Source: the human T2T-CHM13v2.0 reference genome, Homo sapiens. Taken from it: a stretch of DNA of 64,000 bases. Below, one piece after another: positions 12,326-24,884 of this stretch. Location: NCBI RefSeq assembly GCF_009914755.1, contig NC_060926.1; one strand, 5' to 3'. Below the pieces are notes generated by a model, which saw only the letters and a program-made list of their open reading frames with translations, was not told the DNA's origin and searched no databases. Positions within the stretch are counted from its first letter, which is position 1. Every line of letters starts with the position of its first letter. A program made the position numbers and the translations under genes.

Positions 12326-14261
12326 ATCTACAGCTAGGAGTATCTTTTTCTAATTTGCAAAAGACATTCTCTTCCTGCCAATTCCTGCCAATTCAGAGTT
12401 GGATCTTAAAGATAGGGCTGCCTTTTTCTAATTTGTGCAAAGGTGCCTTATGGGTTAACAAGGCCTTAAGGAGGAGATCCCAGGCATGTCCCTGACAGGG
12501 TGGAAGCCTCGGGGGAGCCAGGGCAGCTTGCATGGCCTCACCTCAGCCCACCGCAGGCTATTGCTGGACTCTGGAGCTGGTTCCAGGCAGTAGAAGAGCC
12601 ACAGGCCTATTGCTCAGAGAGGCTGTTCGGGGAGCCAGGGGCTGGTTTCGGCCACTCCCAGAGGTAAAACAAATGCTTTCCTTGTTCCTTTTCCAAATAA
12701 CCTTAAAAGAGAAGGTTTGTTTTTGGATCTTTGTCGCTGGCCACTTCATAAAGAAATGCGAACTGTCTCGTGACTTATCATCAACCACTTGTTTACACAG
12801 CAGGGCTGATTGACACGGTTTATTTTTCTGCGGTTTTTCGTCTAATCTAAAGTGAAATGTGAACTAGTGAATTCATGGAGTTCCCTTCACCTTTTGCAAC
12901 CCAGAACCTGCAAGGGAGGTGCTATTGGTCCTTACTGCTGCCCGGTGACTGTTTTCACATGTGTAAACATCATATGTCCTACTCAGATCTAGTTGCACCC
13001 ACCTGAAAGGTCCGGCCAGCTATACCCGAAAACTCCAGGATCCCTTGTCCTCCCCAGGGAATCAATGGATGAAACAGGACCATTGCCTGTAGAGCATGCA
13101 CCTGGAAAGGAACTCAGAGTTGTCCTGTGTTTTGGAAGCTCTGGGATCCCTCCTTGGGTTCAGATAGCAGTCAGCCCTAGTGAGGTATAGCAGCTTTCCC
13201 AGGGCCTCACAGAACTTGGTGGTACCTCCTCTGGTCAAACATCTGTGGGCAGGACTTGGAGTCCAGGCAGAGCTTTTTGGCAGGAAAGAGATTCCATGGT
13301 GGTCCAGATCACAGGGAGTAGGGGCCTGGTGGGAATAATGGTGTCTACACTTCAAGCATGCCCAACACATGTAACCTCACTGGGTACCCCCAACATCCTC
13401 TGAGGCTGACACCGCTTCCTCATATTCCATTAGTTGTTGTATATAGTTTACAGATAATTTCAAATATGTCTGTCTGGATGGAAGAGGATGATAAATCTAA
13501 TGGTCTGTACATGTTAAAGGGACAATATAATGGGAAAAAAACAAGCAAAAAAACGAAACCTCCAGTCTCATTAATGCCATAACCTATTTTTAAAAAGTTG
13601 ACTATGAGAAATCAGAACAGAAATGTGCTGGGTACAGACAAGGTCATGAGGACAGATCTAGGAGTGTGAGGTTTGGGGGAGCTTGAATCAGGGATGAGAA
13701 GGCTCTTCTTAGAAAATAGTGCCACAAGGGGCTGCATCACATGAGACAAAAGCCCAAAGCTGTTAGTCGCCCCTCCTTGGAGGAGACAGACATCAAGATG
13801 GGCAGCATCTGGACCCCACAAGGTATTTCCAGGCCACTTCCAAGGGCTGCAGCCACTCTCACCAGACCCCAAGAAGACAGGTTTGTCCTTTCCCTTCCTC
13901 CTGGTCTTGTGGCACCAGCCTGTTGTCCACAAGGTTGTGGGAACCCTAGTACTTGGCCTGGGTGTGTTATGCAGAACATACACAGTACCACGGTCTGTCT
14001 GGAGTCTGCTTTCTGCAGGACTTCATGCCATGTTGCCACCTTGCCTCCCATATCTTCACCCCTCCCCACTCCATACAAATCCACATTACTCATGGAGGCT
14101 CTTTATTGGCTACAGGAATCTTTTGTGGGAGGATGGTTGGCTTTTTTTCATTGGACATCTTCCTCATAACTGAGACACATCACCTAGCCTTGCTCAGCAA
14201 ATGAACAAATTCCCCCAAAGTAAGTTGGGGGAGTGTCATTGATCTTAGGACACACTGAGCT

Positions 14262-14292
14262 GAGTGTGAGTGTGTGAGTGTGTGTGTGTGTG
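14262..14292. repeat. (TG)n/(TGAG) microsatellite
   Basis: gagtgtgagtgtgtgagtgtgtgtgtgtgtg. Confidence 0.85.
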
Positions 14293-16703
14293 CATGCGAC
14301 TTCCTCATGGGAAACTTGTTAGCCCTGTCTGCCTTCGCTGGGCAGACTTGCATGCAGAAAGCAGGATGAAATATTTCAGTTGAAGCGAGGCAGGGTTGAG
14401 GCCTGGGAGAGAGTGAGAACCCTCGCACCTCTCCCTGAAGCCATTTCTCATTCTCTGAGTCCCAGCTTTGGAAAAGGCTCTGATTTATTTGGGAATGTTT
14501 GTTGGGCTCCTGCCTTGCCTAGTGGCAGGGGAAGGATTTGATGGTCTGTAAAAACCTGTTCCTGCTCACCAGTTTGTGGTTCAGGGACAGGTAGAAGATA
14601 ATAAAAGTTCCTTACATTCAAGTTATGAAATCTTTATCAGAAGAAACCAAATTCTGTCCTAAGTTGTCTGTCTCACGTCTATACCACCAATCAGAAGCAA
14701 TTCTGGAAGGAAGACTTGTCCATGCAGGGCCAGCAGTTGATAAGGATCTTAATTTCTCCTCCTTACTTATGCATCTCTCTTCCTGTGAGTTGGATGAATC
14801 ATCTGGCTTTGGTGGAGACCACTTAGACCAGGGCTCCATAGCACCAGAGCTGTAGTCTCTAGAGTCCAAGAGACAGGATTGAAGTTCTGTTCCTTTTTTT
14901 AAGGGATGGACCCAGTCCTTGGGTTGTATCAGCTAGAAGAAGGAGACTCTCAGGATTCATTTCACCTTAAAATCAAAGCCAAGAATTCCAAGGGTGCCAT
15001 CCTGTACAGGGAGGGCCAGGTATGAACCTTGGTGCAGGGTGGGAAGGATCAAAACAGACTTCGGTCTTTTAGAGGGGATGGCACAGACTGGAGTCCTGTG
15101 TCATGGAGATTAACCTAGCCATGAAAAGCATGGATGTTTGCATGTTCCAAATCTTTTTCTGAGTCAGACGGTTTTACATAATGGATCCATGCTTTTCTCC
15201 CTCTGCAAATATGCTATGAACTGATGAGTAGAGTTTTCCCACTTTTCCACTTCCCAAGCACTGCCTCTTCATCTTCCCTCCTTTCTCAGGCTTTTTTCTT
15301 CTTCTGGAAGTCTTCCCTGTCCATCCCAAGCCCTCACTGGTGTGAGCTCTCACCTGTCTGAGTGCCCATCTTGGTGATGGGCATAGGAAATAGCCCAACT
15401 TTGCTCTCAGACTTTTCTTACTGAAGGCCTCCTCTCTCCTAAGCAACTGTCATCTGTAAGCTTGGTCAGTTTGGTGGAAACAAAGGACTTGGATCCAGGA
15501 GGTTACCCAGATAGGTGTGGGCCAACAGAAGTAAGGCTGTGTATAAATCAGAACACCTCTTCTGGAATGCAGCACTGACTTGACCTGCTTAATTCAAAAG
15601 TGTGGCACAAGCTAGGTCTCAGCTGCTTGACGGATGGGTTATTCCCAGTCTCCCAGGGTTATTCCCAGTCTCCCAGGGCCTTCTGTCTTGCCATGGGTAT
15701 GACAGAAAGTTTTAGGTCCCAGGGCTACATCTTTGTTAACATCTTTAGTATTTTCAAGAGGTTATTTGTACCAACTGTTCAGCTTTTCCCCTAAATGACT
15801 GGACACCATGATCACACTTGCTTTTACCCCTGCTTTCCTGTGGCCTCTGGGATTTTAGGGGCTGACCAGAGTTTCCAGACACTCAGAGGGCTGTTGAGCA
15901 CTGATGACTAGCTAGGAGCAAAGGGCTCACAGAGAATATGAGGCAATGGGGGCTGGAGCATTCGTCCTTCCAAAGACCACATACATTTAATATTTAATCC
16001 CCAAATTGTATTTTCTTATGCTATTGGACATCACCAAACATCTTTGAAAGCAAGAGCAAGATAAATATTAATCTCTTGCCATTTGTTATGAAGATTCTCC
16101 CCTTCTTTCTTTGGGTTCAAAATCTTCTGCTTTGGATAATGTCTGTGTAATTGAAGGACATCTGACTAATAAAAAAATATTTCCCCCTGGATCCCAGGAT
16201 CATGAGTTTGAAATAGTCTTTGCCAAGAGTACATAACTGCTTAATGGCTGGCATGGGTGACAAGTGCTTAGTGGTCTTACTGACAGAGGAACCCATTAGT
16301 CCTAGGAAAATGAAAAAGATTTAATTTGGCAAATACTCATTTGGGTTCTCACTCAGAGGATAGGAAGGTACTGGGACATATTGCCTGGGGAAAGGATGAT
16401 TTTGGGAGGACTAGCCATGGTCCTTGGATTTCTCATGGGGAAGAAGGAGAGGAAGCAGAATATGTGGCCCCAGAGGGCAGGGGTAGGACTGATAGGAGAC
16501 TTGAAGAGAGGCTGATCTATTGCCAATAGAAAGTAGAACTTCCCAATAATCAAAGGGCAGTGATACACCCAGTCCTGGGGAAAGACAACAGAGGCTGGGG
16601 GAATATTCATCACTGATGTTTCAAAAGAGTTTTCCTATAAGGCAAGAGACCTAAAAAGCCAAATGTACAATAAAAACCTGCAATCTGTTGACTCTGAGTA
16701 AAA

Positions 16704-16704
<1 letters not shown>

Positions 16705-16735
<31 letters not shown>
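16705..16735. repeat. (CA)15 microsatellite
   Basis: Perfect CA run read directly. Confidence 0.97.
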
Positions 16736-16737
<2 letters not shown>

Positions 16738-18094
16738 TGTTTTAAACATTTTAATGGTATTGTTCATTTTTAGTGCAAAAATAATGAAGCAGGAGGATAG
16801 AGGAAAGAATGATACAAATTTAGAAATTTACAAGACATTTGATGATCATGTATCTTGTTAAAGAAGCAATGATTTTTCATCCAAGATTAGAGTAGTACTG
16901 GCAATCTTGGTCAGAACTTGATCCTCTTTCTCAGCTTAAAGGAGAAGAGCTTCTCTTGGAACAGAGTCAAGCCAGTCCTGATGGCTCCTGAAAGGAAGGG
17001 TTTACAAGCCAGGCCCCTCTGGGAGACCAGGAAAACTGGCTGAGGTCCCCTGTGTACCTGCCACCCACACATGCCTGCTCCAGACACGTATGATGGCAAC
17101 CAGCAGAAGGGAGCCACCAAGTGCCTCATTGCATGGTAGACCTCAATGGCCATCTCATGTCCTCCATTGTCCCCACCCCACCCCCATCGTGTGTTTCTGC
17201 ATCTCTTTGAGATAATGCTGGCTCCTGGGTTGCAGTCCCACCCTTTTGCTCCCGCTCAAAGGGCACGCTCAGGCAACCCAATAATAAAAACAACTCGAAG
17301 GGAGACCAGCTGTACTTATAAATAAACATCCCAAGCACATTAATCTGCTGAAGGTTTTTATGAGGGGAAGCATAAAATTTCAAATAAAGGTCTAATGGGA
17401 AATATGTCCAAAATGTTGGAATTAGTGATGCTCTACAGTAGGGAACTGCCCAGATAGATCCATAAAACAGAATGTAACTAACAACTGATTCAGTTTTAAG
17501 ACCCCGGCCCTCTCACTCCCACACCTGAGTTGTATATTTTATCTGAAGGGCTGTTTCATGTTCCAGAATCGGCTCTGTTTGCAAGCGAGCTGTCAGAATT
17601 TTATGGCCTTGACTTTAAAGAGCAGGACATTTCTTTCCTGGAGAAGAAGGCTAATAGGAGGGAAAATGCAGGGATTACGGGCTCTCCCACAAATCCAGGC
17701 TAGCAGATGCTCCTCTTTCTATAATCAAAATGAATGTTTTCTTTGGACCTAGCTAGGAAGGCCCCTTTCAGATGTCCCTGGGACCAGGAGACATGTGCCA
17801 GGCCAGATTGTTTCCAACAGTTTGGAAACAGACTGTGAGGGAAGCAGGTGTCTAGCTCCGAGTACCTGTTCCTTCAGCCATTCAGGACAGATAATTTTTT
17901 TTTAAATGATAGGCGATTTTCTTTTTTTAAGTGCAAAATAGGAGACGGCATACGGTTAGCCTTGCTCCCTGTCCTGGCCTTCACCTCTGTTAACAATCTG
18001 CTTTCTTCCTTCTTCTGGGGTGATACTGAGCTCTGTTTGACATTCTTTTCTTCCTTAACTTCATGTCTCAATGCCCCACCACCGACCCCAAATA

Positions 18095-18500
18095 AGAGCC
18101 TTTGGAGCAGTGAAAAGGACTTGAACTGGGGAGTTAAAATGGGTTCAAATCCCTACTCTGCTGCTTACCAGCTCACCAAACAAGTCATTTGTCTTCCGTG
18201 TTCTCACTGGGAGAAAAGGGGGAAAGACGCCAACATCACAGGCTCATTGTTGGCATTCCATGAAGTGGCCCAGGTGGCAGCCGCTGCTCGGGCAGGGCCA
18301 GGCTGCTGAGGTTCATAGTCCTGGGTCTACCACTTAATCCTTGATCTCTGAACAGACACTGTCCCCTCCCTGAGCCTCAGTTTCCTCATCTATAGAATAA
18401 GAATAATAACCGCTCACAGGGTTGTTAAGAGGACGAAAGGAAATATGTACAGAAAGTGTCTGTGGAGTGCCTGCCTCACAGTAGGAGCTCAATGAAACTT
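18095..18500 (+). mobile_element. Two adjacent MIR SINEs
   Basis: gggttcaaatccctactctgctgcttaccagct and ctgagcctcagtttcctcatctatagaat...cagggttgtt MIR cores. Confidence 0.75.
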
Positions 18501-19379
18501 TCCTCGCCTTGCTATTATTTTAGCAGAGATCAGGCTGTTTTGTAGTCTGACTCACCCAAGCACCATATGATCTAAAGCCCAATAAAGGCAAAGCCAAGCC
18601 CTCCATACCCACCTCACCTTGCTCATGATGAAACCCTTGTTTAATTCCAGGTCCAGTCCATCTCTAACCCTGGGCTTGTTTCTCACTTCCTGGTCAGCTC
18701 ACATGCGCTGGGCTCTGCCTACCAGCGGGGTTCACCATGTTTGAGTGACTCAACACCGTCTGAGGGTTTGGCTTGGATCCCCCAGGCTGTATCCGTCTCC
18801 TATACCTTAGACAGGGTCTTCCATGCCAGCTTCATCAACTTCACCGCAGATACCAGCTCTGATCTGCTCAGCTGCCCTCAGAGATGAAGGTGGGATCAAC
18901 TTCAAGCCCTGGTGGGAAGAATAAATGATTAAAGGTGGAGAGAGAGAAGTTCATCCTATATCTTTTCCCCCCAACTCCTATTCTGGGGTCCAAACACTAC
19001 TTTCATCACCTGCTCTACTCACCGAGTCTGACATCAAGACAGAAGAAAACAAACAAACAAAACAAACACACTTGCTAACAGCCAAGGGAAGAACGACGGC
19101 ACTGAAGCCAGCGCCAGTGATGTGACACTTATGATCCATTTCCAGGGCGCTGTCTTGGTGGATCACCTTCCACTGTGCTGACATCGACTCATCTTGGCCC
19201 CTTTGTCCACATTGCCTTCCTTGTGCTAGCTCCTATGGTTCTTCAGTGTCTCTTGATTTTGGGGCCACAATCTCCGGAGTGAGACTGAATTAGTGGGGAA
19301 TGGATTCCACAGCCTAAACCTCTTTGTTCCTCTTGTATCTCCCATCACAGAGAAGAACCTTAATAAAGACCAAAGTGAG

Positions 19380-19650
19380 GAATCCCAGGCCATGAAGAGA
19401 GGTGCTCAGGCCAGCAGCCACAGTGGGGGCTCTCTGTCTCCTCCACTGCTAGACCTGTGAGTAAGGGAGCCTCCAGGATGTCTCTTGCTCCAGCCATTGC
19501 CTGACCAACTGCATGAGGGACCTCAATGAGAACCTGCTAGCTGAGCCCAGCCGACCCCTAGAAACATGAGGAATAATGATAACAAATGATCATCATTAAG
19601 TACTATCAGGCTGGGGTGGCTTGTTGAGCAGCAATAAATACCTGGATCAC
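19380..19650 (+). mobile_element. MLT1-family LTR 3' fragment
   Basis: caactgcatgagggacc...ctagctgagcccagcc...ggggtggcttgttgagcagcaata. Confidence 0.6.
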
Positions 19651-20428
19651 TGATCACTTAAACAGCTCTTTGGCTATTGGCATAGTCACCAAAGTCACAA
19701 GTCATGCCCCCTGGAGAAGCTTAAAGTGCCACTACCAGCTAGTGATGGGTGGTGGCTCCAGGTGGCAGCAGTACCCCTGTCTTGACTGTGCGCCAGGCCT
19801 CAGGACTGACAGGGACCTTGGGCTGTGGGATTCTTCTGGCTGGACCCCTGGCCTGGGGAGGCGTTGGCTGCCTGGCCCTTGTGGGGTGACCCACCCTTCC
19901 TTCTCCAGCAGAGCTGGGAAGACATCCAGGGCCAGCTGTGTGCTTTGGAAGGCTGCTCCTCGGTTCCTCAGCTCTCTCCCCAGTGCAGGAGTATAGGATT
20001 AACCTCCAGTTTCACACCCTGGAACTCCAAGTACCATACAAGGTTCAGTATTTTTCAGGTGCAAGTTCTTTATTTGGCTTTTAGCGAACGAGTACAATAA
20101 CAAGTTAGAAAATGCAGGTCCTCAGGGAGTGAATCTGAGAATCACAAGAGTAAAGGGGTTTCCAGTTACCCTCTGGCTTGTGCTCAAAGTCCTCACTCTC
20201 CCTGAAGAATGGGTGTGAAGGCTCAGGCTACGCAATGGTCTGGGAATGGAGACTTGGAAGAGAGGACTGAGGTTCTTCAGAATTACAATACATGCCCTCA
20301 GCCAGCAAGCAGGTGGTCATACAGAAAGGAAGGGAGAGGGGGCTGTAATGAGGCTGTGTGATAAGCATGGTATGCTCTTTCAAGATGCATTGTGCAGCAG
20401 CTGTTGGGCTGTGTGTATCTATCAGCCC

Positions 20429-21318
20429 TGCTATGGGCTGAATGTCTGTGTCTTCCCCAAATTCATATGTTGATGTCCTAATCCTCAATATTATGGCATT
20501 TGGTGGTGGGACCTTTGGGGAGTAATTAGGTTTAGATGAGGTCATAAGAATGGAGCCTCCATGATAGGATTAGCACCTTTATAAGAATAGGAAGAGAGCA
20601 GAGCATGCCTTCTCTCGGCCATGGGAGGATATAACACAAAGACAGCCACCTGCAAACCAGGAAGAGAGGCCTCATCACCTCACCATGCACTGAATCTGCC
20701 AGCACCTTGACCTTGGACTTCCCACTCTCCATAACTGCGATAAGTACATGTGTGCTGTTTAAGCCAGTGGTTCCCAAATTACCAGGGACAAGTTTTCCAT
20801 GGACAGAGGGTGGAGGAATGGTTTTGGGATGATTCAAGTGCATTACATTTATTGTACGCTTTATTTCTATTATTATTGCATTGTAATATACAATGAAATA
20901 ATTATACAACTCACCATAATGTAGCCTCAGTGGGAGCCGTGAGCTTGTTTTCCTGCAACTAGATGGTCCCATCTGGGGGTGATGGGAGACAGTGACAGGT
21001 CATTAGGCATTAGATTCTCATAAGGAGTATGCAACCTAGATCCCTTGCATGCACAGTTCACAATAGGGTTCATGCTTCTATGAATCTAATGTCACTGCTG
21101 ATCTGACAGGAGGAGGAGCTCAGGTGGTAATGAGAGTGATGGGGAGTGGCTGTGAATACAGATGAAGCTTTGCTCACTCACCCACCGCTCACCTCCTGCT
21201 GTGCAGCTGGGTTTCTAACAGGCCACCGACTGGCACGGGTCCATGGCCCGGGGATTGGGGACCCCTAGTTTAAGCTACCCAGTTTATATATTTTGTTATA
21301 GCAGCCTGAGCTAAGAAA
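20429..21318 (+). mobile_element. MLT1A-type MaLR solo LTR split by MER1A
   Basis: tgctatgggctgaatgtctgtgtc...aaattcatatgttg start; gtttaagc[insert]tacccagtt...ttttgttatagcagcctgagctaag end. Confidence 0.85.
20765..21267 (+). mobile_element. MER1A (hAT-Charlie DNA transposon)
   Basis: cagtggttcccaa...ggggaccccta termini; MER1 internal sequence; perfect 8-bp TSD gtttaagc at 20757-20764 and 21268-21275. Confidence 0.9.
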
Positions 21319-21819
21319 AGCCCTAAGACCCTATTTTTACTTTGTCTTATAGGCCTGGAGGAAGCTAAGTGATCATCTCCTCCAGCCTGCCCCTCTTACA
21401 GCTGACAATCCCTATGGCTTGGGGATGTGCCCAAGGTCAAACAGCTGGTAGGTGACAGAACTCTCTCCACAGTGTATGTGGACTGCATGGAAATACCTTA
21501 GTTCTTACATCAGAAAGTCATTGGCTTTCACTGGTCACCAAGTCCACCTACAAGAGAAAAGGAGAGAACAGAGAAAATTACCCAGCAAATCCACCAAGCA
21601 AATCCACCAAGCAAATCCCATAAAGGAAAGAGGGAATTTCTTGGTAGGATTTTGCTTTCTATAGAGATTGGAAAGCCCTGAGTGTGTGCTTGGGATTCCA
21701 GGCTACTTAGTAGAGACACAGCCAGAGACTTAAATAATCATGCCTTTATGCGACAGAGCTCAATTCCCTTGTAGCTTTTTAATTCACAAGAAACCTGATT
21801 TCAGCTCTGTAGACAGCCT

Positions 21820-21978
21820 ACTTAAATTCAAGTTCTGACTCTGGTACTACTAGCTGTGTGACCTTTGGCAAGCTACTTAACATCTCTGTGTCTCCGTTTC
21901 CTCACTGATTATTCATTTATTCACCTGTAAAATGAATAACAGAAGTACTTACCTTATGAGATTGTCATGAGGATTTTA
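21820..21978 (+). mobile_element. MIR SINE
   Basis: ctagctgtgtgacctttggcaagctacttaacatctctgtgtctccgtttcctca. Confidence 0.75.
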
Positions 21979-23333
21979 TCTCACCCTCTCTCTTTCTCTT
22001 TCTATCTCTACCTGTCTTAGAGAACTGGTTATTAATTGCAGTGTTATTTGCCATTTTATCTATCTGAACTTTACTATTCATTGTAACCAGCATTGGAGAG
22101 CTTATAGCCTGCAGAGGGTTCACATGTTTTGTTTTACTTTGTCAGCATGGGGTTTAACACAAATCTGAATTTGAATGTGTTTTATGAGACACACACTCTC
22201 TGGTTTGCCATAGTTCCTTGACACTTATGTTACCAGCCAGGCTCTCTGTGGGCCCTTCTTTTGTATGTTTGTAACTTCTGGTCTATTAGGGAGTTAAATT
22301 GGACCAAAGAGGACATAGCATTCATGGATGCAAGATCTCTGGTAAGGGAAGTGATGAGTAAAGTCAGTGAAGCTATTTTTGTTGTGCACCATGGTAGGAG
22401 TGAGGCCATATCTCTTCTTCTTCTGCTGCTGCTGCACCCAATGCCCATGGCGGAAATGACAGGAGCCAGAAGAGTCTGCAAGCAGTGGCTGCCTGGGTGC
22501 AGAAACACACGTGTGCACCCACATGCACACAGATGCTCCCTTGCCCACACAATGGCACCCCCAGCCCAGGGTGCTGCATGCTGCTGTGTGACTTCTTCAG
22601 TGCCCCCATCTGATCCCTTGGTGGTGATGGATATTCCTGCTCCCACATCGAGGTGTTCTCTCTTTTGGGCAGTCATCAACTCCAGGCGTGGAGCTCTGGG
22701 GCTGGAGCTTCCCGCTGATGAATGGCCCACCATGAGTAATTTCTCTTTGCTGTGGTTTCCTCTGAGGGTGATTTTTTCCAGATTCCAGTAGGATGGACAG
22801 GCTATTTCAACACTTGCCACAGTAGCTGGGAAGTGAACTGTCAGGAGGCAGTGGGCTTAAAGGCCCTTTGTCTTCATTGCTAGCTTTGAATTATATGCTC
22901 TGGGAAGCAGCATATACACTTCCCTTTCCTCAGACATGTCTGTCTCTTCCATAAGAATTTCATAAAAGGCCTCACCTTTTAGTTTGCAAGCGTTGTCCTT
23001 GTTTCTAATCTTTATTTTTTGTTTTTTATTTTTTTGCACTTTTCTCTCCCATGTGCTTACTTTTGGCCCCTGGCTGCTCAAAACCCACCATCTTGATGGC
23101 CCGCGAGGCCTGCCCTCTTCCCCCAGGCCCCTCAGTTCCAAAAGCTTCTTCTCCAATCAACCTGCACTTCTTCCCTTCCTTGATGGCAACAGATCCCAGC
23201 TAGGCATCGGATAAAACTTTCACTAAGCAGAGAAGGACAGATAGCCTACTTTACTCATCCTAAGGGTCCTTGTTAGAGATTGATCAATAGAATGGATCCT
23301 AATTAGGGAGGTTTTTGGTGGCAGAACCAAGTC

Positions 23334-24360
23334 CAGTTGACCCTTGAACAGTGTGGGGAGTTAGGGGCATGACTTCGGCACAGTAAAAAATCCGCACATA
23401 ATTTCTGACTACCCTAAATCTTAACTGCCTACTGTTGACCAGAAACCTACCAATAACATAAACAGTCAATTAACACATATTTTGTGTGTTATATGTATTA
23501 TATAATGTATTCTTACAATAAAGTAAGCTAGAGAAAAGAAAATGTTATTAAGCAAATCATAAGGAAGAGAAAATACACTTACAGTACTGTACTGTAGTTA
23601 TTGATACTGTAATTGATGTCTCCTGTTTACAAGATGAATTGTCTATCTGAAAGGTGGACAACACAGCTGCAGAGCTCAAGCAATTCAACTTTTTCTTGTC
23701 ATGTCGTGATTTGTCTCTGCTTCTTGGGAGTACTTCCAGCATCACCAGTGGCACTTTGTATGGGTCCCATGGTGTTATTCAAGGTTTATGGTATTGCAGT
23801 AACCATGATGAAAAATACATGAGAACCGGAAGAGATCACTTGTTATTGCAATATACAGTTTACTGGAGAGATAACCTTCCCATGTGGAGATGAATAGCAT
23901 CACGTGGCATTTTAAGCAGATTCTTGCAACACTTGAGCTTACCTCAACAGCAACAGTGGGTGGCTGTGAAATTACAACAGTGGTACAATATGCACTATAG
24001 TTAATTTTATGCAGTTGTGATTCAGTACTGCATCTTTACATTTGTTTACATTTCTCTCCACTGCAAATGGTGTCATATATTGTCAGTAAGAGTTTGTGGG
24101 CATAAGTTTTGATAAATTTTAATTTTTTATAATAGATTTGTGTCTATTTTATGGTAGTAAATTATAAAAGAGACTTGTATCTACATATATTTTATGCATT
24201 CATGATATACCTAACTTTTTCTTAATTTTTTCAAGATTTCTAGGCTATGCGGTTTGTCTGGGCATTTTGTTCAAATTGTTGCAAATCTCCAAAAAATTTT
24301 CTAGTGCATTTGTTGAAAAAAATCATGCAGTTCAAACCCATGTTGTTTACGGGTGAACTG
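23334..24360 (-). mobile_element. Tigger2b-like TcMar DNA transposon (non-autonomous, ~1.03 kb)
   Basis: Terminal inverted repeats cagttgacccttgaaca / tgtttacgggtgaactg; internal Tigger2 sequence (tattcttacaataaagtaagctagagaaaagaaaatgttattaag). Confidence 0.88.
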
Positions 24361-24884
24361 TGAAAGGAAGAAGTGTGGGCAGAATAGATGTGGGGTGGTG
24401 GGATGGAGGGGTTGGGTGGGCCTATAATCACAGCTGGTCTTGAGTTGCTGGAACACTTTCTAGAACCTTCTAAAACTCAAAGGCCACTCACACTGTGGCC
24501 AAACTTTGCTCATCTTCCCTCTGCACTTATGGCTCCTTTGGCCCAGCCTGGACTGGCTTCAGGAGAGGAAACTGGCTGTCCTTTGGAAGCTTCACTTTGG
24601 CTTGATTGTTGTGCCGCCAGGAAGACACAGTATCCTGAGGCAAACACCCTGGTTTCCTGGTCCTGCAGGACCATTCTCCCACTTCCCTCGCCCAGCTGGG
24701 GCAAGCCAGGTCTAGTGAGAGCAAAGATGTTCTCATTCAATTTGGGGGCCTGGCAGCCAGATTTAATCTAACTAGGCTGAGGGAGGGAGTTGGAGATGAT
24801 CTTGGGCTTGCCTGGGATGAGTTTTAATTCTACCCTCAGGATTCTCACTACTACGTGATGAAACCAGCATCTAACATAGTCCAT

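Noticed and set aside
13354-13374. p53-like element aagcatgccc-a-acacatgtaa
   Set aside because: The second decamer has three mismatches, and isolated half-sites are frequent by chance
19146-19166. REST/RE1-like sequence ggcgctgtcttggtggatca
   Set aside because: Only one half-site matches; spacing is one base short and the second half is degenerate
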